Part shown: in pieces, positions 1 through 9,022 of the stretch
Numbering within the stretch: position 1 is the stretch's first letter
Layout: every line of letters starts with the position of its first letter
Assembly: GCA_050253335.1 (NCBI GenBank)
Contig: JBFWJG010000050.1
Coordinates: 1 to 16,858, forward strand
Source of the DNA: Deferribacterales bacterium
Lineage (GTDB): Bacteria > Chrysiogenota > Deferribacteres > Deferribacterales > Geovibrionaceae
Direction of reading: 5' to 3'
Length of the DNA stretch: 16,858 nucleotides
Program-made: the position numbers and the translations under genes
Notes under the pieces: generated by a model
What the model saw: only the letters and a program-made list of their open reading frames with translations
What the model was told of the DNA's origin: nothing
Database searches by the model: none

Positions 1-248
1 TCTTGACAGAGTTAAAGTCCGCTCTGTTCTCACCTGCGAATCCGAGCACGGCATATGCCGCCAGTGCTACGGCCTTGACCTCGCCACAAGACGTATTGTC
101 GAAGTGGGCGAGGCAGTGGGCGCGATAGCGGCACAGTCAATCGGTGAACCCGGTACGCAGCTTACTATGAGGACATTCCACATCGGCGGCGCGGCGTCTT
201 CATCAGCCGAGCAGTCAAGCCTTAACGCCAAGTTCGGCGGTACCATCA
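1..248 (+). repeat. Terminal direct repeat, copy 1 (matches 16611-16858, 247/248 identical)
   Basis: Direct base-by-base comparison. The only mismatch is G122 vs A16732. Confidence 0.97.
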
Positions 249-1471
249 GGTTTGATGAAATGAAAACCGTTCAGAACAGGGAAGGCTTCCCTGTGGTTCT
301 TAACAGGAACGGCTCTCTTCAGATTCTTGATAAATCTGAAAGAGTCCTTGAAAAATATAACATAGCATACGGAACCAAGCTGCTTATCAAAGACGGCGAC
401 ACGGTTAAGCAGGGCGACCTGATAGCCGAGTGGGATCCCTATGTTGCGGTAATCCTTACGGAGTACCCCGGCCGTGTTGCTTTCGGCGATATAGTCGAAG
501 GCGAGACGCTGAAAGAGGAGATCGACCCGATCACAGGTCTTTCCCAGAAAGTTATCATAGCCAACACAAGAGGCAAGAAACAGCCCCGAGTGTCCATTAA
601 AGGCGATGACAACAAAACGATCCAGCGCTACATCCTCCCCATCGGTGCTCTGCTTCAGGTGGACGAGGGCGATATGATCGAGCCCGGCGACATAGTTGCG
701 AAAATACCCAGAGAAACCACTAAAACAAAAGATATTACAGTGGGTCTTCCGAGGGTTGCGGAACTCTTCGAAGCGAGAAGACCGAAAGATCCCGCGGTTA
801 TCGCGGAGATTGACGGCATAGTGAGCATTGAGAACACCGCGCGCGGTCTCCGTAAGCTCACCATCGAAAACGAAGAGACAGGCGTTAAGAAAACCTACAG
901 CATCTCCGTTCAGCGTTACATCAACGTTCACGACGGCGACAGGGTTAAAGCGGGCGAATCTCTCATTGACGGCCTTGTGAACCCGCACGATATTCTGGCG
1001 GTTCTCGGCGAGGATGCTCTCCAGAGATATATAGTGGATGAGATTCAGGAAGTTTACCGCAAACAGGGTGTTGCGATTAACGATAAACACATCGAGACAA
1101 TCGTTCGCCAGATGCTGAAAAAAGTTGTGATAGAAGAACCCGGAGATTCCGAGTTCATGCCCAATGAAGAGGTTTATAAGGCAGAGTTCGTTGCCGAATA
1201 CCAGAGACTGGTGGCAGCGGGGCTTACTCCTCCTGCGGGCAAGGCTGTTCTTCAGGGTATCACAAAAGCGGCTCTCAACACGCAGAGCTTCTTCTCCGCA
1301 GCCTCCTTCCAGGAGACAACGCGCGTCCTTACTGACGCCGCCTGCTCAGGGAAGATGGATGAACTCAGGGGCCTTAAAGAGAACGTTATCATCGGTAAGC
1401 TTATACCGGCGGGAACAGGCTCCAAATTCATCCAGAACAAAAAGTTCAAGTTTATCAACCCAGGTAAGTAA
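1..1471 (+). CDS. rpoC: DNA-directed RNA polymerase subunit beta', 3' part (5'-partial; frame open from position 2, not starting at 104)
   Basis: Frame from base 2 reads [24 protein letters not shown] (second Zn site), then [21 protein letters not shown] (trigger loop), a large SI3-type insertion, DITVGLPRVAELFEAR, KHIETIVRQM, SAASFQETT and GLKENVIIGKLIPAGTG. Stop TAA at 1469-1471. Confidence 0.99.
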   Translation, partial: LDRVKVRSVLTCESEHGICRQCYGLDLATRRIVEVGEAVGAIAAQSIGEPGTQLTMRTFHIGGAASSSAEQSSLNAKFGGTIRFDEMKTVQNREGFPVVLNRNGSLQILDKSERVLEKYNIAYGTKLLIKDGDTVKQGDLIAEWDPYVAVILTEYPGRVAFGDIVEGETLKEEIDPITGLSQKVIIANTRGKKQPRVSIKGDDNKTIQRYILPIGALLQVDEGDMIEPGDIVAKIPRETTKTKDITVGLPRVAELFEARRPKDPAVIAEIDGIVSIENTARGLRKLTIENEETGVKKTYSISVQRYINVHDGDRVKAGESLIDGLVNPHDILAVLGEDALQRYIVDEIQEVYRKQGVAINDKHIETIVRQMLKKVVIEEPGDSEFMPNEEVYKAEFVAEYQRLVAAGLTPPAGKAVLQGITKAALNTQSFFSAASFQETTRVLTDAACSGKMDELRGLKENVIIGKLIPAGTGSKFIQNKKFKFINPGK

Positions 1472-1479
1472 TAATTCAG

Positions 1480-1509
1480 AGGCCGCCTCAAAAGGGCGGC
1501 CTTTTTTTT
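1480..1509 (+). terminator. Rho-independent terminator after rpoC
   Basis: AGGCCGCC-tcaaaag-GGCGGCCT stem-loop running into a T8 tract (1502-1509), 8 nt after the stop. Confidence 0.9.
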
Positions 1510-1615
1510 CAAGAAAACAGTTTTCTTTTCATTCTCTTTGTGATAATAAAACAGGCTCATTCCAAACACCCTTTCCCGCGGTAATTCCGCACTGAATATC
1601 CTTTGGTAAAACTTC

Positions 1616-1644
1616 TTGACATTGTATAAAAGCGTTGCTACTAT
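1616..1644 (+). promoter_or_regulatory. Sigma70-type promoter of the str (rpsL) operon
   Basis: TTGACA (1616-1621), 17-bp spacer, TACTAT (1639-1644), with extended -10 TG at 1636-1637. Confidence 0.8.
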
Positions 1645-1832
1645 TCTTGCTCTTTCGCCCTGAATGTATAGTTGCGCTCAAAATGCGCTCTAAAGCTTCA
1701 AAGGCTTGGTAATTGAGGCTGCATAAAGATTTTAAAGTTAAATTACAAAGTAGGGACGGCAAGAAATTACAGTTGGCCGTTCACGTAAGATTTGAGTTTG
1801 ATAGAAACTCACAAGAATTTTGGAGGTGCTAG

Positions 1833-2204
1833 GTGCCTACTTTGAACCAATTGGTCAGAAAAGGAAGAAAACAGGTCCTTAAAAAGACCAAATCTCCTGC
1901 ATTGCAGGGCAACCCCCAGAGAAGGGGAGTTTGCACCAGAGTGTATACTACTACACCTAAAAAACCCAACTCGGCTCTTAGAAAAGTCGCAAGGGTAAGG
2001 CTTACGTCAGGTATCGAGGTTACAGCTTATATTCCCGGTATCGGCCACAACCTTCAGGAACACTCGGTTGTTCTCGTGAGGGGCGGAAGGGTAAAAGACC
2101 TTCCCGGTGTGCGCTACAAAATCGTTCGCGGCGCGCTTGATACAGACGGCGTTAAGGACAGGAAGAAATCCCGCTCCAAATACGGCGTAAAGAAACCGAA
2201 ATAA
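1833..2204 (+). CDS. rpsL: 30S ribosomal protein S12
   Basis: [43 protein letters not shown] start with GGAGGT SD at 1822-1827. Confidence 0.99.
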   Translation: MPTLNQLVRKGRKQVLKKTKSPALQGNPQRRGVCTRVYTTTPKKPNSALRKVARVRLTSGIEVTAYIPGIGHNLQEHSVVLVRGGRVKDLPGVRYKIVRGALDTDGVKDRKKSRSKYGVKKPK

Positions 2205-2212
2205 GGTGATAG

Positions 2213-2686
<474 letters not shown>

Positions 2687-2697
2687 GGGAGGGTTAA

Positions 2698-4773
2698 GTG
2701 GAAAAAAACGTACCATTAAACCTTCAGAGAAATATCGGCATCATGGCTCACATCGATGCCGGAAAAACCACGACCACTGAAAGAATTCTTTTCTATACAG
2801 GCATGTCTCACAAGATCGGTGAGGTTCATGACGGCGGAGCCACCACAGACTGGATGGAGCAGGAGAAAGAGCGTGGAATCACGATCACTTCAGCGACTGT
2901 TCAGTGCTTCTGGAACAACCACCGCATAAACGTTATCGATACCCCCGGTCACGTTGACTTCACGATAGAAGTTGAGCGTTCACTCAAGGTTCTTGACGGC
3001 GCTGTTACTGTTCTTTGCGCAGTGGGCGGCGTTCAGCCCCAGACTGAAACAGTCTGGAGACAGGCAGACAAGTACGGCGTTCCCCGTATCGTGTTCGTAA
3101 ACAAAATGGACAGATCCGGAGCCGACTACTATAAAGTTCTGAATGACATCAAGTCTAAACTCGGTGCAAACCCTCTTCCCATACAGCTTCCCATGGGCGC
3201 TGAAGATGCTTTCGAAGGTATCATCGACCTCGTTAAGATGCAGTCTGTAACATGGGACGGCGAGCAGCTCGGCGCTAAATACACTTACAGCGATATTCCC
3301 GCTGATCTTCTTGATCAGGCTAAGGAATACCGTGAGAAGCTTATGGACGCCGTTTGCGAGTCAGACGATGATCTTATGAACAAATACTTCGAAGGCGAAG
3401 AGATAACCGAAGAAGAAATCATCTCCGGTCTCAGAAAAGGCTGCATAGGACGCAAGTTTATACCTGTGACCTGCGGCACTGCTTTCAAAAACAAAGGTGT
3501 TCAGACTCTTCTGAACGCAGTTGTGGATCTTCTTCCCAGCCCCGTTGATATTCCTCCCATAAAAGGAAAGAGCATGAGCGGAGATGATGAAATTGAAAGA
3601 AAGGCAGACGACAGCGAGCCTTTCGCCGCTCTTGCGTTCAAGATTATGACTGACCCCTACATGGGACAGCTTACATATTTCAGGGTTTACTCAGGCTGCC
3701 TTGAAGCAGGTAACTACACTCTTAACTCCACTAAGGATAAAAAAGAGCGTATCGGCCGTCTTGTGAAAATGCAGGCTAACAAGCGTGAGGAAATCAAAAA
3801 GATTCACGCAGGCGACATCTGCGCTACTGTAGGTCTCAAGTACACCACAACAGGCGATACTCTCTGCGATGAGAACAAACCCGTAATTCTTGAGTCCATG
3901 GAGTTCCCCGAGCCCGTTATTTCGGTTGCCATCGAACCCAAAAGCAAGAACGATCAGGACAAACTTTCCATCGCTCTCGGCAAGCTTGCTTCCGAAGACC
4001 CCTCTTTCAGAGTTAAGGTTGATGAGGAAACAGGCCAGACGGTTATTTCCGGTATGGGTGAGCTTCACCTTGAAATCATCGTTGACAGGCTTATGAGAGA
4101 GTTCAAAGTAGAGGCCAACGTGGGTAATCCCCAGGTTGCTTACCGTGAAACTTTCAGAAAGGCTGTTAAGACCGAAGGAAAATACATTAAGCAGACTGGT
4201 GGTAGAGGTCAGTACGGTCACGTATGGCTTGAGATTGAACCCCTTGCACCCGGAAGCGGCTTCCAGTTCGTTAACAGCATTGTCGGCGGTACTGTTCCTA
4301 AGGAATATATCCCCGCAGTGCAGAAAGGTGTTGAAGAAGCCCTTGAATCAGGTATTTCTGCAGGCTTCCCCGTTGTTGACTGCAAAGCGACGCTTGTTGA
4401 CGGTTCATACCACGATGTCGACTCTAACGAGATGGCATTCAAAATTGCCGGTTCAATGGCTTTCAAAGCCGGCATGAGAAACGCTGACCCCGTTATCCTT
4501 GAGCCCATCATGAAGGTTGAAGTTGTATCTCCCGATGAATACACGGGCGATGTAATGGGTGACCTGAGTTCAAGAAGAGGCAAGATCGAAGGTATGGAAA
4601 TGAGAGGTTCCGCTCAGGTAATCAACTGCTTCGTGCCCCTTAAAGAGATGTTCGGATATTCCACAAACCTCCGTTCAATCACTCAGGGACGCGCGACTTA
4701 CAGCATGCAGTTTGACCACTACGAGCAGGTTCCCAACAGCGTAGCTGAAGAAATTAAGAAAGCAAATTCATAA
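2698..4773 (+). CDS. fusA: Elongation factor G
   Basis: [51 protein letters not shown]; 691 aa, GTG start with GGAGG SD. Confidence 0.99.
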   Translation: MEKNVPLNLQRNIGIMAHIDAGKTTTTERILFYTGMSHKIGEVHDGGATTDWMEQEKERGITITSATVQCFWNNHRINVIDTPGHVDFTIEVERSLKVLDGAVTVLCAVGGVQPQTETVWRQADKYGVPRIVFVNKMDRSGADYYKVLNDIKSKLGANPLPIQLPMGAEDAFEGIIDLVKMQSVTWDGEQLGAKYTYSDIPADLLDQAKEYREKLMDAVCESDDDLMNKYFEGEEITEEEIISGLRKGCIGRKFIPVTCGTAFKNKGVQTLLNAVVDLLPSPVDIPPIKGKSMSGDDEIERKADDSEPFAALAFKIMTDPYMGQLTYFRVYSGCLEAGNYTLNSTKDKKERIGRLVKMQANKREEIKKIHAGDICATVGLKYTTTGDTLCDENKPVILESMEFPEPVISVAIEPKSKNDQDKLSIALGKLASEDPSFRVKVDEETGQTVISGMGELHLEIIVDRLMREFKVEANVGNPQVAYRETFRKAVKTEGKYIKQTGGRGQYGHVWLEIEPLAPGSGFQFVNSIVGGTVPKEYIPAVQKGVEEALESGISAGFPVVDCKATLVDGSYHDVDSNEMAFKIAGSMAFKAGMRNADPVILEPIMKVEVVSPDEYTGDVMGDLSSRRGKIEGMEMRGSAQVINCFVPLKEMFGYSTNLRSITQGRATYSMQFDHYEQVPNSVAEEIKKANS

Positions 4774-4800
4774 GAATAGAGAATTTTAGGAGGAATACAG

Positions 4801-5991
4801 ATGGCTAAAGCTAAGTTTGCTAGAACGAAGCCCCACGTCAACGTAGGAACAATCGGTCACGTAGACCACGGTAAAACTACCCTTACAGCAGCAATCACCT
4901 GCGTACAGGCGAAGAAAGGACTTGCAGAGTTCGTAGATTACGGCAACATCGACAAGGCTCCCGAAGAGAGGGAGCGCGGTATTACCATCGCGACAGCACA
5001 CGTTGAGTACGAGTCACCCGCTCGCCACTACGCACACGTTGACTGCCCTGGTCACGCCGACTACGTAAAAAACATGATCACAGGCGCGGCTCAGATGGAC
5101 GGAGCTATCCTTGTTGTAAGTGCAGCAGACGGTCCTATGCCCCAGACGAGAGAGCACATCCTTCTTGCGCGTCAGGTAGGCGTTCCTTACATCATCGTTT
5201 TCATGAACAAATGCGACATGGTAGACGATGAGGAGCTTCTTGAGCTTGTTGAGCTTGAAGTAAGAGACCTTCTTTCAACTTACGAATTCCCCGGAGACGA
5301 CACCCCTATCATCAAAGGTTCCGCTCTTAAAGCACTTGAGAACCCCACTGATGAGAAATGGTCAGCACCTATCGGCGAACTCGTAGCGGCAATGGACAGC
5401 TACATTCCTGAGCCTGAGAGAGCAATAGATAAAGAATTCATAATGCCCGTTGAAGACGTGTTCAGCATATCCGGCCGCGGTACAGTTGTGACCGGCCGTA
5501 TAGAGCAGGGACAGGTTAAAGTGGGAGAAGAAGTAGAGATCGTGGGAATACGCGATACAGTAAAGACAACAGTAACAGGCGTAGAGATGTTCAGGAAGAT
5601 TCTTGACTCAGGCGTTGCCGGCGATAACGTTGGTATCCTTCTGAGAGGAATTAAAAAGGACGATGTAGAGCGCGGACAGGTACTTTGCAAACCGGGTTCA
5701 ATCAAACCCCACCGCAGGTACAAAGCAGAAGCTTACATCCTGACCAAAGAGGAAGGCGGTCGCCACACTCCCTTCTTCAGCGGCTATCGTCCTCAGTTCT
5801 ACTTCCGTACGACTGACGTTACGGGAATCATCACTCTTGCCGAAGGTACAGAGATGGTAATGCCCGGCGATAACATCAGCTGCGTGGTAGAGCTTATTAC
5901 ACCCATCGCAATGGATGCGGGACTTCGTTTCGCTATTCGTGAGGGTGGTAGAACAGTCGGTGCAGGTGTTGTTACCGAGATTATCGAGTAA
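4801..5991 (+). CDS. tuf: Elongation factor Tu
   Basis: [47 protein letters not shown]; 396 aa, AGGAGG SD. Confidence 0.99.
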   Translation: MAKAKFARTKPHVNVGTIGHVDHGKTTLTAAITCVQAKKGLAEFVDYGNIDKAPEERERGITIATAHVEYESPARHYAHVDCPGHADYVKNMITGAAQMDGAILVVSAADGPMPQTREHILLARQVGVPYIIVFMNKCDMVDDEELLELVELEVRDLLSTYEFPGDDTPIIKGSALKALENPTDEKWSAPIGELVAAMDSYIPEPERAIDKEFIMPVEDVFSISGRGTVVTGRIEQGQVKVGEEVEIVGIRDTVKTTVTGVEMFRKILDSGVAGDNVGILLRGIKKDDVERGQVLCKPGSIKPHRRYKAEAYILTKEEGGRHTPFFSGYRPQFYFRTTDVTGIITLAEGTEMVMPGDNISCVVELITPIAMDAGLRFAIREGGRTVGAGVVTEIIE

Positions 5992-6002
5992 GGAAACTTG
6001 AA

Positions 6003-6152
6003 ATGAGAGAAAAAATAATCCTTGCATGCACAGAGTGCAAACGCAGAAACTACAGCACTACTAAGAACAAAAAGACCATGACCGGTAAACTTGAACTTAG
6101 CAAGTACTGCAAGTGGGACAGAAAACACACTGTTCACAAGGAAACGAAATAG
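6003..6152 (+). CDS. rpmG: 50S ribosomal protein L33 (49 aa; absent from the supplied ORF track)
   Basis: Translated by hand: [49 protein letters not shown]. Has the CxxC...CxxD zinc-ribbon pattern and the canonical position between tuf and secE. Confidence 0.97.
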   Translation: MREKIILACTECKRRNYSTTKNKKTMTGKLELSKYCKWDRKHTVHKETK

Positions 6153-6170
6153 TTTTTGAAAAGATAGAGT

Positions 6171-6246
6171 AGGTCAGTAGCTCAATTGGCAGAGCATCGG
6201 TCTCCAAAACCGAAGGCTGCAGGTTCGATTCCTGTCTGACCTGCCA
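6171..6246 (+). tRNA. tRNA-Trp (anticodon CCA)
   Basis: 76-nt cloverleaf: acceptor AGGTCAG/CTGACCT, D arm GCTC/GAGC, anticodon arm TCGGT-CT CCA AA-ACCGA (CCA at 6204-6206), T arm GCAGG-TTCGATT-CCTGT, encoded 3' CCA. Confidence 0.98.
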
Positions 6247-6390
6247 TTTTTTAAATAATCACACGTTCAGGGCGGACATGTTTCGCCCTATACGTGTCGA
6301 TAACGAACGCATCTGCCTGCGCCGTGCGAAATTAAGCCGGAGCGGATGTGGACGGCTTCTTTGCAGACCTTGGGTGGTTGTTATCAAACA

Positions 6391-6650
6391 GGCACAGGAT
6401 GTGCCCGTGAAGTGCGCACCGGAGCGTAAGCGAGGAGCGCAAAAGAAACGAGAGCAGCAAGCGGCTCTGCCGCGCAGGCTGTGAGTGAGAAAAAACTACA
6501 GGATGTATGTTTTTTCGAGATGTGTTAAGAGTAATTAGCACTCTCTCGGGAAAAAACAGCTTCAGGAAGAAGCTGCGCCGTGCGAAGCGAAGCTTTGCTC
6601 AGCAAAGCGCGAGCGTGTGAGCAGAAGCCACAGGATGTAGGCTTTTGCGA
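6391..6650 (+). repeat. Array of structured repeats with AGGA-loop hairpins upstream of secE (two related units, about 6391-6518 and 6557-6650)
   Basis: Hairpins GGCAC-AGGAT-GTGCC (6391-6405), AAAAAACT-ACAGGATGTA-TGTTTTTT (6490-6515), CAGCTTC-AGGAA-GAAGCTG (6557-6575), CAGAAGCC-ACAGGATGTA-GGCTTTTG (6622-6647). Region 6576-6650 aligns with the rplJ-leader repeat. Confidence 0.8.
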
Positions 6651-6678
6651 ACTATTATAAATAAAGGATGTGCTGACT

Positions 6679-6858
6679 ATGGGAAAGGTACAAACTTTCA
6701 TCAACGAAGTCAGAGAAGAACTTAAAAAAGTCATCTGGCCCACCAAAGACGCTACCATAGGCACCACCGCAGTTGTTATTGCGATCTGCCTTATCTGTGC
6801 AATCTATCTTGGTGTAGTAGATTACGGGCTTACAAAGCTTACCCAATTCATTTACTAG
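6679..6858 (+). CDS. secE: Preprotein translocase subunit SecE (single-TM type, about 59 aa)
   Basis: FINEVREELKKVIWPT motif plus a hydrophobic segment, directly upstream of nusG. ATG 6679 preferred over GTG 6670 because the AAGGA SD lies at 6664-6668. Confidence 0.95.
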   Translation: MGKVQTFINEVREELKKVIWPTKDATIGTTAVVIAICLICAIYLGVVDYGLTKLTQFIY

Positions 6859-6871
6859 GAAAGGGCATATT

Positions 6872-7396
6872 ATGGCGAAAAAGTGGTATGTAGTCCATAC
6901 CTATTCGGGTTTTGAGAAACGTGTGAAGACTCTTCTTGAAGAGAAGGTCAGAAACTCAAATCTCGAAGACCAGATAGAAGACGTGCTTATCCCCACGGAA
7001 GACGTAGTTGAGCTGAAAAAAGGCAAAAAGAAAATCAGCAAGAAAAAAACCTTCCCAGGCTATATTCTCGTACGCATGGAAATGAGCACGGAAAACTGGC
7101 ATGTTGTCAAAAACATACCTAAAGTTACCGGCTTCGTGGGCGGGATAAATCCTGTTCCGATCCCAGAAGAAGATGTTAAAGCAATGATTGACCTCGCTAA
7201 ATCACAGGCTCCCAGAATGACTGCTAAATATGTCAAAGATGATAAGGTTGAGGTTGTTGACGGACCCTTCAACGGCTTCATCGGAACTGTTGACGAGGTT
7301 AACCCCGATAAAGAGAAAGTTCGCGTTATCGTGAGCATTTTCGGAAGACAAACGCCCGTAGAACTGGACTATCTGCAAGTAAAAAGAGTCGGATAG
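6872..7396 (+). CDS. nusG: Transcription termination/antitermination factor NusG
   Basis: [30 protein letters not shown] motif [25 protein letters not shown]. Confidence 0.99.
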   Translation: MAKKWYVVHTYSGFEKRVKTLLEEKVRNSNLEDQIEDVLIPTEDVVELKKGKKKISKKKTFPGYILVRMEMSTENWHVVKNIPKVTGFVGGINPVPIPEEDVKAMIDLAKSQAPRMTAKYVKDDKVEVVDGPFNGFIGTVDEVNPDKEKVRVIVSIFGRQTPVELDYLQVKRVG

Positions 7397-7411
7397 TCCG
7401 GGAGGTTATAA

Positions 7412-7837
7412 ATGGCCAAAAAAGTACTTGGACAGCTTAAACTTCAGGTTCCGGCCGGCAAGGCTAACCCTTCACCCCCAATCGGTCCCGCTCTGGGTCA
7501 GAGAGGGGTGAACATTATGGAATTCTGCAAGGCTTTTAACGCTGCAACCCAGAACATGGGAGATTACATCATCCCTGTTCAGCTCACAATTTTTGAAGAC
7601 AGAAGCTTCACTTTTGTCCTCAAGACCCCTCCTGTTACTCAGCTTATCAAAAAAGAGCTGAAGATTAACAGCGGCAGCAGCAATCCTAAAAAGGATAAGG
7701 TCGGCAAACTCACAAGAGAACAGCTTGTAAGAATTGCCGAGCACAAACTTCCTGACTTCAACACCAAAAACATTGATGAAGCAGTTAAGATTGTTGCAGG
7801 TTCCGCACGCAGCATGGGTGTGGAAGTAGAGCTTTAA
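7412..7837 (+). CDS. rplK: 50S ribosomal protein L11
   Basis: [29 protein letters not shown] and GSARSMG. Confidence 0.99.
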   Translation: MAKKVLGQLKLQVPAGKANPSPPIGPALGQRGVNIMEFCKAFNAATQNMGDYIIPVQLTIFEDRSFTFVLKTPPVTQLIKKELKINSGSSNPKKDKVGKLTREQLVRIAEHKLPDFNTKNIDEAVKIVAGSARSMGVEVEL

Positions 7838-7895
7838 TAAGCTCTTGTACAAACTTGTATGATGTGTCCGGCAACGGGCGCACGGAGTCATTAAC

Positions 7896-8594
7896 ATGGC
7901 AAAAGGGAAACAGTACCAGGCTGCTTCCGCGAAAGTAGACAGCGAAAAGCTCTACGACCTGGAAGAGGCGATTGCCCTCGCAAAAGAAGTTGCATTCGCG
8001 AAGTTCGATGAAACTGTCGACATCGCAGTGAAACTCGGAGTAAACCCCAAACACGCAGATCAGATGGTGAGGGGTTCAGTAAGCCTTCCTAACGGAACAG
8101 GCAAAACCGTGAGAGTGCTTGCATTCGCAAAAGGCGACAAAGCCAAAGATGCGAAAGACGCAGGCGCAGATATCGTGGGTGACGAGGAACTTGTTGAAAA
8201 GGTTCTCGGCGGCTTTATGGATTTTGATAAAGTTGTAGCAACTCCCGATATGATGGCTCTCGTCGGTAAGCTCGGCCGTGTACTCGGACCGAGAGGACTT
8301 ATGCCGAACCCCAAAGTGGGTACGGTAACACCTAACATCGGTAATGTGGTTAAGCAGCTCAAATCGGGCATGATTGAGTTCCGTGTTGACAAAAACGGTA
8401 TTATCCACGCTATCGTCGGCAAGAAAAGCTTCGATGCTCAGAAACTTAATGAGAACATCAAGGCTCTCCTTGAAACTCTCGTCCGTCTCAAGCCTTCAAC
8501 GGCCAAAGGACAGTACGTAAGAGGAATCACAGTTTCTACCACAATGGGGCCCGGCGTTAAGGTAGATCACCAGAAAGTGGTTAACACACTTTAG
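7896..8594 (+). CDS. rplA: 50S ribosomal protein L1
   Basis: [48 protein letters not shown]. Confidence 0.99.
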   Translation: MAKGKQYQAASAKVDSEKLYDLEEAIALAKEVAFAKFDETVDIAVKLGVNPKHADQMVRGSVSLPNGTGKTVRVLAFAKGDKAKDAKDAGADIVGDEELVEKVLGGFMDFDKVVATPDMMALVGKLGRVLGPRGLMPNPKVGTVTPNIGNVVKQLKSGMIEFRVDKNGIIHAIVGKKSFDAQKLNENIKALLETLVRLKPSTAKGQYVRGITVSTTMGPGVKVDHQKVVNTL

Positions 8595-8602
8595 TCAGTA
8601 GA

Positions 8603-8685
8603 CAATCTGGTTTAAGAAGCAGGTGCTTCCGGGTGACCGGAGCGTAAATCCTGCGGAGATCGGTTGAGATAGAATATCTAACCGG
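8603..8685 (+). promoter_or_regulatory. Probable L10 leader (L10-L7/L12 autoregulatory RNA)
   Basis: Sits between rplA and rplJ. TAAGAA-GCAGG-TG...TAAAT-CCTGC-GGAGA pattern (GCAGG 8619-8623 pairs with CCTGC 8650-8654, internal hairpin GCTTCCGG/CCGGAGC) resembles the L10_leader core. Recognised by eye only. Confidence 0.7.
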
Positions 8686-8743
8686 CTTAGAGCAAAACTT
8701 TTCCAGTGACACAGCGATGTGTCGGCGCCCGCTTATTTGCCCG

Positions 8744-9009
8744 GCAAAGCGCGAGCGTGTACGGAAACCCTGCGGGATATACGGATTTTCGTTTTTATGC
8801 AGGAGGCACACTGATGTGCCGACGCCGTGCGCAGCACAGCTTTGCTTTTGCAAAGCGCGAGCGTGTACGGAAATCCTGCGGGATATACGGATTTTCGTTA
8901 TTATGCAGGAGGCACACTGATGTGCCGACGCCGTGCGCAGCGCAGCTTTGCTTCTGCAAAGCGCGAGCGTGTACGGAAATCCGACAGGATGTACGGATTT
9001 CCGTTATTA
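8744..9009 (+). repeat. Tandem repeat, 106-bp period, about 2.5 copies (plus a degenerate partial copy from about 8708)
   Basis: GCAAAGCGCGAGCGTGTACGGAAA starts at 8744, 8850 and 8956. Copies 1 and 2 differ at 4 of 106 positions. Confidence 0.95.
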
Positions 9010-9022
9010 AATGGAGGACAGC

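Noticed and set aside
215..1090. 291-aa antisense ORF, and the other antisense or out-of-frame ORFs inside rpoC, fusA, tuf, rplK, rplA and rpoB
   Set aside because: Shadow ORFs expected from codon bias in highly conserved genes; no recognisable motifs.
104..1471. A separate 455-aa gene or naturally split rpoC (rpoC1/rpoC2-like)
   Set aside because: The frame is open upstream to base 2 and is continuous with 14026-16858 through the terminal overlap. The split comes from where the sequence was linearised.
1833..2204. Streptomycin-resistance allele of rpsL
   Set aside because: The K42- and K87-equivalent lysines (PKKPNS, RVKDLPG) are wild type.
6171..6246. tRNA-Trp as an integration site (att duplication)
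   Set aside because: I saw no second copy of the tRNA 3' end and no integrase in the window.
6418..6429. 12-nt identity ACCGGAGCGTAA shared with 8636-8647
   Set aside because: The structural contexts differ and the match is short; not enough to claim homology, although both copies being intergenic is noted.
6278..6541. ORFs 6278-6484 (+) and 6332-6541 (-) in the tRNA-Trp/secE spacer
   Set aside because: No clear SD, low-complexity Arg-rich composition, and overlap with the hairpin repeats.
8744..9009. CRISPR array
   Set aside because: The whole 106-bp unit is repeated with no unique spacers, and there are no cas genes in the window.
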